Shown one piece after another: positions 56,582 through 61,638 of a stretch of DNA of 61,638 nt; positions within the stretch are counted from its first letter, which is position 1; each line of letters opens with the position of its first letter. Under the pieces are notes generated by a model. That model had not been told where the DNA came from, did no database searches, and saw nothing but the letters and a program-made list of their open reading frames with translations. The stretch is taken from positions 1-61,638 of the IMG/VR virus record IMGVR_UViG_3300007509_001035. One strand, written 5' to 3'. Made by a program: the position numbers and the translations under genes. The DNA is from a virus. Taxonomy: Duplodnaviria > Caudoviricetes.

Positions 56582-57085
56582 ATGGCATACTTTAAATATT
56601 TCAATAAAATTAATTATGATGTTCGTGGTGTTAAAAACAATGAGAATGTGGATGTTATAACAAATTTACTTCAACGCGTTCGTTTAAAAGTAAATTTTAT
56701 AAAAAATCAAGCCTTTTTTGCCCAACATCAAATAATAGATGGTGAAACACCAGAATATATTGCATATAAGTATTATGGTGATACGGAATTACATTGGGTT
56801 GTTTTATATGCACAACAAGCAACTAATCCATATTATGATTGGCCATTAACTTATTTTGTATTAAAGAAATTTGTTGATAAGAAATATGGTGCGGCCAATA
56901 TTAATAACACCCATCACTACGAAGATGCAGATAAATACCAAGTTGATTCAACAGCATCTGGTGCAACTGCTATTACTAATTTTGTGCATGAAGAAACATT
57001 AAATGATGCAAAACGAAATTTAACTCTCATTCGACCAGAATATGTTGGTGATGTAGTTAAAGAACTTAAAGAATTGTTAAAATAA
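56582..57085 (+). CDS. gp53: baseplate wedge subunit (T4 gp53)
   Basis: MAYF, DGETPE.IA.KYYGD..LHWVVL, DWP, HHYE. Confidence 0.85.
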   Translation: MAYFKYFNKINYDVRGVKNNENVDVITNLLQRVRLKVNFIKNQAFFAQHQIIDGETPEYIAYKYYGDTELHWVVLYAQQATNPYYDWPLTYFVLKKFVDKKYGAANINNTHHYEDADKYQVDSTASGATAITNFVHEETLNDAKRNLTLIRPEYVGDVVKELKELLK

Positions 57086-57086
57086 T

Positions 57087-58478
57087 ATGGCTAAAACACA
57101 AGAACGCGCAGCTGACGTAAGATTTGAATTTTTAGAATTAGTAACACCGACAGGAACTTTTGATCTTCAAAAACTTTTTGTTAGTATAAATATATATGAA
57201 GATTTGTTTGGTGATAGTGTTACTATGGATATACTTCTTAATGATTCTATTAATCTTCCACAAAAAGCACCCATACTCGGTGAGGAATATCTTAATTTTA
57301 TTGCACATAGTAAATCTGTTGATGGTGAAGGTGTTGGTATAGCTCCCGGTCCAATGTATACCGTTTCAATAGCTAACAGACATCTTGCTAAAGATCGACA
57401 ACAATTATACCTTCTTCATCTTACTTCCGAGCAAGATATTGTAAATAGTAATACTACTGTTAGTCGTTCTTGGCGAGGAAAAACTATATCACAAATTGTT
57501 AATGATATTTATTATGACTATTTGGATATTGATGAAGTTCAAGATTTAATTATTGAAAAAACTTCTGGCTTAGAGAACATTGTTATTCCTAACTGGAAAC
57601 CATTTAAGGCTGTTAATTGGTTAGCAAAAAGGGCAATAAATAACAATAATGTACCAAATTATTTGTTTTGGGAATCTAATGGTGTTACTTATTTTCAAAG
57701 TATTGAAACTTTATTAACACAAAAAGTTAAACAGAAATTTATATTTTCACCTATTATTAGTTCCAATCAAAAAATGGAACAATTAGTCAAAGGTAAAACA
57801 CAATTAGATAATTTAGAAATTATTAATCAATTTAATACTACAAGAAATATTGAAAATGGTTTATATGCTTCTAAATTAATTACACATGATATTGTAAAAA
57901 AGAAAATCCAACAACATACATATAATTTAACTCAAGCTTATGCATCTGATATTACTCATACAGATAAATATATGCCTATAAGTTCGACTGAGACATATTA
58001 TGATGTCGCTGATCGTTTTACATTTGCTCCACAAGAAGTTGGTTTGAATAAAGGTGATAATATACAATCATATTATGATAGTAAAGTTATGTTTCATCCA
58101 AAACATAATCAAATGTATTCAAAAAATAATAATGATGTATATGATAATAAAGTTGAAGAATGGAAATTAAAAAGAAATACATTGATACTTGGTTTAAATC
58201 AAATAAAATTAAGAATTACTTTTTCTGGTAAATCATATTTACGAGTAGGGCATACGGTTGATATAACTGTACCATCACCAGAAAAAGTATTAGAACAAAA
58301 TCCGGGTAAAGTAAAAAATCCAGATGATTTAGTTGATAAGTATTTATCTGGAACTTATTTAATTACAGCATTGAGGCATATGATTGAATGGAATAGTGGT
58401 AAACCAGTATATACAATGGTCGCTGATGTTACAAAAGATGCTTTAGGTGATGTTCCCTCATATAGGAGTAAAGAATAA
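57087..58478 (+). CDS. baseplate hub protein (gp27-like)
   Basis: NIYEDL, PILGEE, IPNWKPF, YLFWE, YLSGTYLITALRH; between gp53 and gp5. Confidence 0.65.
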   Translation: MAKTQERAADVRFEFLELVTPTGTFDLQKLFVSINIYEDLFGDSVTMDILLNDSINLPQKAPILGEEYLNFIAHSKSVDGEGVGIAPGPMYTVSIANRHLAKDRQQLYLLHLTSEQDIVNSNTTVSRSWRGKTISQIVNDIYYDYLDIDEVQDLIIEKTSGLENIVIPNWKPFKAVNWLAKRAINNNNVPNYLFWESNGVTYFQSIETLLTQKVKQKFIFSPIISSNQKMEQLVKGKTQLDNLEIINQFNTTRNIENGLYASKLITHDIVKKKIQQHTYNLTQAYASDITHTDKYMPISSTETYYDVADRFTFAPQEVGLNKGDNIQSYYDSKVMFHPKHNQMYSKNNNDVYDNKVEEWKLKRNTLILGLNQIKLRITFSGKSYLRVGHTVDITVPSPEKVLEQNPGKVKNPDDLVDKYLSGTYLITALRHMIEWNSGKPVYTMVADVTKDALGDVPSYRSKE

Positions 58479-59425
58479 TGTACGGTGAATTTGTATGGTG
58501 GCAGGGTGTCGTAGAGGATAGAGTAGACCCATTGAAGTTAGGTCGTTGTCGTGTTCGTATTTTAGGATACCATACTGATAATAAACAAGAGGGTGTTGGA
58601 ATTCCTACTGCTGATTTACCATGGGCAACACCAAGTCAACCAATAACATCTGCAGCTATGAATGGTATTGGTACTACACCTATGGGCCCAGTAGAGGGAA
58701 CATGGGTATTTGGTTTTTTCCGTGATGGTAAAAATGCACAAGAACCTGTAATTATAGGAACTTTTGGTGGAATACCAGAAGATAAGTCTAATCCTGTACT
58801 TGGTTTTAATGACCCCAATGGTATATATCCAAACACATTAAATGAACCAGATACAAATAGATTGGCTGTTGCAGATTCAACAAAAGAGCATCCGGTTATA
58901 CAGATTAAAAAAGATGCACGAACTAATAATGGAATGAATATTCCAATAGCTAATGGAGGAACATGGACAGAACCAGAAGTTCCATATGCGGCTAACTATC
59001 CTAAAAATCATGTAAGACAATCAGAATCAGGACATATTGAAGAATGGGACGATACATCTACTAAGGAAAGAATTCACATATATCACAAATCAGGAACATT
59101 TGAAGAAATTCATCCGGATGGTACGACTGTTCATAAAATCGTTGGTGATAATTACACTATAAAGGCTAAGTCTGATAATATTCATATAATTGGAAATTGC
59201 AATATAACTATTGATGCAAATGCTAATTTATATGTTAAAGGTAATTTGGAACAACAAATAGACGGTGATTGGAATATTGTATGTAAAGGAACAAAGACGG
59301 AGAATGTTAAGAAAGCTGTTACAGAGATATATGAGGATGCACAAACTACCAATGTGTCATCTAATAGAAAATTAACTGCCGGTCCTTTGATAGATATGGA
59401 TGCAGGCACTATTACATTGAACTAA
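58478..59425 (+). CDS. gp5: baseplate spike protein gp5 (OB fold and beta-helix, no lysozyme domain)
   Basis: WWQGVVEDR.DP..LGR.RVR, LPWA, WVFGFFRDG, YPKNHV..SESGH.EE.D. Confidence 0.88.
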   Translation: MYGEFVWWQGVVEDRVDPLKLGRCRVRILGYHTDNKQEGVGIPTADLPWATPSQPITSAAMNGIGTTPMGPVEGTWVFGFFRDGKNAQEPVIIGTFGGIPEDKSNPVLGFNDPNGIYPNTLNEPDTNRLAVADSTKEHPVIQIKKDARTNNGMNIPIANGGTWTEPEVPYAANYPKNHVRQSESGHIEEWDDTSTKERIHIYHKSGTFEEIHPDGTTVHKIVGDNYTIKAKSDNIHIIGNCNITIDANANLYVKGNLEQQIDGDWNIVCKGTKTENVKKAVTEIYEDAQTTNVSSNRKLTAGPLIDMDAGTITLN

Positions 59426-59429
59426 TATT

Positions 59430-60434
59430 ATGCCTATTACATTTACAACAGGATTAAAACCAACATTTCCAGTAGATAGTTTCGGCTCGGAAAAAGAACA
59501 CGTTAAACAATTAGCTACTGCATTAACGGGTGGTACTGCATTTGTTAATCCATTAGCTACTAGTATCACAACATTGGTGGCTCGTATTGATACTATTCAA
59601 ACTGCATTAGCAGGAGAAATATCTACAAGTCTTTCTGAAAAAACGACAATACTCAATAGAGGATTTAACGCTGGGCGACCACAAGGATGGCATGATGCAG
59701 TAGCAGATGGTCAAAGTGGTTATACACATCATAATATGTCAGATGTATATGAGGCGATAAATGATTATTATAACCATGCCGTTACATTGAATACACATCT
59801 AACTACTTTAAAAAATTATATTAATCAAGCTGATGTTGACAACTTTAAGTTACATATGGAATTATTGTCTGGTATAGATCCTTCTCCTCCATCTGGTATA
59901 ATTAAACCCAATTTGAATGGACTGATGGGATTGGCTATGGCAATAACAGATATAGAGAATCGTTTTGGTATAACATTCACTAACTATCTCACAGGATTAT
60001 TTGGTACATTATTCACAGCAGATACTACGATTGCCGCTGCACAAACACATATGAATACAGACCCACTATCTGCTGGAACTTATCAATCACTATCTGTATT
60101 AACCAATGTAGATAAAGCATATGTTAGTGGTGCTACTGGTGATGCTCGAGTTTGGAATGATGATATTGTGGAATCTAAACTCACTCCTCTTTTTGCTCCA
60201 TTCATAGCTCATTCTGCACAACAAGCTACTCATCTTGCAGCTTTTACTGCACACATTACAACGGATATGGCTTATTATAATGCAACTGTTGATAAATTAG
60301 AACAGTATATTCAGGCTTATCAGGTTTCGGGACATATACAGGATCCTTATTACAAATTCATGTATGATTCAGTATTTGGTAGTGCTACTGTTATAGAGAT
60401 TGCAACAAAATTAACCAACGGAGATATTACATAA
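59430..60434 (+). CDS. hypothetical protein, probably baseplate-associated
   Basis: 334 aa between gp5 and PAAR, TAATG coupling. Confidence 0.65.
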   Translation: MPITFTTGLKPTFPVDSFGSEKEHVKQLATALTGGTAFVNPLATSITTLVARIDTIQTALAGEISTSLSEKTTILNRGFNAGRPQGWHDAVADGQSGYTHHNMSDVYEAINDYYNHAVTLNTHLTTLKNYINQADVDNFKLHMELLSGIDPSPPSGIIKPNLNGLMGLAMAITDIENRFGITFTNYLTGLFGTLFTADTTIAAAQTHMNTDPLSAGTYQSLSVLTNVDKAYVSGATGDARVWNDDIVESKLTPLFAPFIAHSAQQATHLAAFTAHITTDMAYYNATVDKLEQYIQAYQVSGHIQDPYYKFMYDSVFGSATVIEIATKLTNGDIT

Positions 60435-60730
60435 TGCCACCAGCTGCAAGAATCGGAGATGCAGATGTAGTACATTGTTCCACACCATCTCGAGCACAGG
60501 GATCTTCTAATGTATTGGTCAATGGTATTCCTTGGTCAAGACAAGGAGATATTAACACAGTACATCTCAAACCATGTGGTTGTCCGCCGTGTTGTTGTCC
60601 ACATACTGCACCAATCGCATCCGGCTCCAGTACGGTGATCGTTAACGGTCGTGGTGCTGGTAGAATTGGTGATAGTATCGCAGGCTGTACATCAATCGCC
60701 CAAGGTTCTCCAAATGTATTCGCAGGATAA
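60434..60730 (+). CDS. PAAR spike-tip protein (T4 gp5.4-like)
   Basis: PPAARIGD, GSSNVLVNG, GRIGD, GSPNVFAG. Confidence 0.92.
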   Translation: MPPAARIGDADVVHCSTPSRAQGSSNVLVNGIPWSRQGDINTVHLKPCGCPPCCCPHTAPIASGSSTVIVNGRGAGRIGDSIAGCTSIAQGSPNVFAG

Positions 60731-60786
60731 CACGCTGATGTCTTACTATTATACATATTATACCAACAGGCATATAGGAGAGTATT

Positions 60787-60900
60787 ATGCACGAATTTTC
60801 AGAAGTAAATCAACTGAGGACACAATGCACAATATTAGAGAGTCAGGTAATTGGTGATACACAAGTTGTTCCTTGTATTTTATTAACCATTTTAGTATAA
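60787..60900 (+). pseudogene. truncated paralog of ORF 60926
   Basis: SD AGGAG; EVNQLRTQCTILESQV vs EISQFQTRMAILESQL; runs into the promoter. Confidence 0.45.
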
Positions 60901-60901
60901 T
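60869..60901 (+). promoter_or_regulatory. sigma70-like phage promoter
   Basis: TTCC-TTGTAT, 17 bp, TATAAT; second TATAAT 11 bp downstream. Confidence 0.75.
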
Positions 60902-60925
60902 ATAGGTATAATCTAGGAGTATAAT

Positions 60926-61126
60926 ATGTATGATGAAATAAGTCAGTTCCAGACAAGAATGGCCATTCTTGAGTCACAACTGGAAGCTAAAAATACTAAA
61001 ATTTCGTATATGGAAACTGAAATTCAACGATTAACTAATTTAGTAGGTTCTCTGCTAAAGAAAGACAAATGGGATGGTGAGACTATCGAACCAACACTTG
61101 AGTATAAAATAGGAAATCATCAGTGA
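60926..61126 (+). CDS. small coiled-coil hypothetical protein
   Basis: SD AGGAG. Confidence 0.65.
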   Translation: MYDEISQFQTRMAILESQLEAKNTKISYMETEIQRLTNLVGSLLKKDKWDGETIEPTLEYKIGNHQ

Positions 61127-61638
61127 AAACTTTTAAAGAATTTGTTAAAGAAGAAATGACTATGGTGACTATATTTTGTGATATGGATGGTGTGTTGGCT
61201 AATTTTTTAGGTGGTATTACAAGACATTTAGGTAAAACAAAGATTGACCAAGGCGACGTAGATAAAGTACTATCATCCGATGCAGGTACTTCAAAGAAAT
61301 GGTGGTTAAATCTCGAACCTATGTCAGACGCATTAGTACTTTGGAAATATATAAGTAAATATGATGTCCAGATATTATCAGCTTGTCCTTCTATATGTAA
61401 AAATGACAAAGCCGTTGTAGCGGGAAAGAAAGCATGGGTAAAGAAACATTTAAAACCGTCACCTGTTAAAGTAAATATAGTACAAAGAAAACAAAAGAAA
61501 GACTTTGCAACAGAGACTAATATATTAATTGATGATCATTTAAAAAATATAAGAGAGTGGGAATTAGCTGGAGGTGTAGGTATTGTTCACAAGAATGCAA
61601 GAAAGACGATTAAACAATTAGAAAAACTCATAACTTGA
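61123..61638 (+). CDS. HAD-family 5'(3')-deoxyribonucleotidase with head-targeting-like leader
   Basis: FCDMDGVL, ILSA, K..W, ILIDD, WELAGG; leader MKTFKEFVKE. Confidence 0.85.
   Translation: MKTFKEFVKEEMTMVTIFCDMDGVLANFLGGITRHLGKTKIDQGDVDKVLSSDAGTSKKWWLNLEPMSDALVLWKYISKYDVQILSACPSICKNDKAVVAGKKAWVKKHLKPSPVKVNIVQRKQKKDFATETNILIDDHLKNIREWELAGGVGIVHKNARKTIKQLEKLIT

Noticed and set aside
1-61638. Stop-codon reassignment
   Set aside because: Core genes are full-length in the standard code, and TAA, TAG and TGA all end genes

Overview
AT-rich fragment of a large T4-like myophage genome, most similar in gene content to marine T4-like phages; the host cannot be assigned from this window. From left to right: a 7-deazaguanine cassette (queE truncated by the window edge, RHH-like protein, phosphoribosyltransferase, queD, folE, queC, TGT/DpdA-like transglycosylase); the T4 replication core (gp62, regA, gp43, uvsX, gp59, gp41, later gp61, NrdJ, RNase H, gp33, gp32); a late block of proteins with T4 internal-protein-type N-terminal leaders plus fibre/structural genes; many host-like metabolic and proteostasis genes (lysine/saccharopine dehydrogenase, GapB-like GAPDH, aldehyde dehydrogenase, SbmA/BacA, PurS, HtrA, ClpP); and a baseplate/tail module (tape-measure-like protein with a pesticin-type lysozyme, gp26-like, gp54, gp2, gp4, gp48, gp53, hub, gp5, PAAR). 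The main signals missing from the ORF track are: (1) a circularly permuted two-piece tmRNA under a T4 late promoter, near clpP; (2) a tRNA-Thr(UGU) with a long variable arm; (3) a probable programmed -1 frameshift at the end of the gp26-like gene, directly upstream of the tape-measure-like gene; (4) seven copies of a TTCCTTGT-type -35 / 17 bp / TATAAT promoter, two apparently leaderless; (5) two clusters of three 25-bp palindromic IHF-like boxes in front of two of those promoters. All family calls come from motif recognition by eye; no database search was run.
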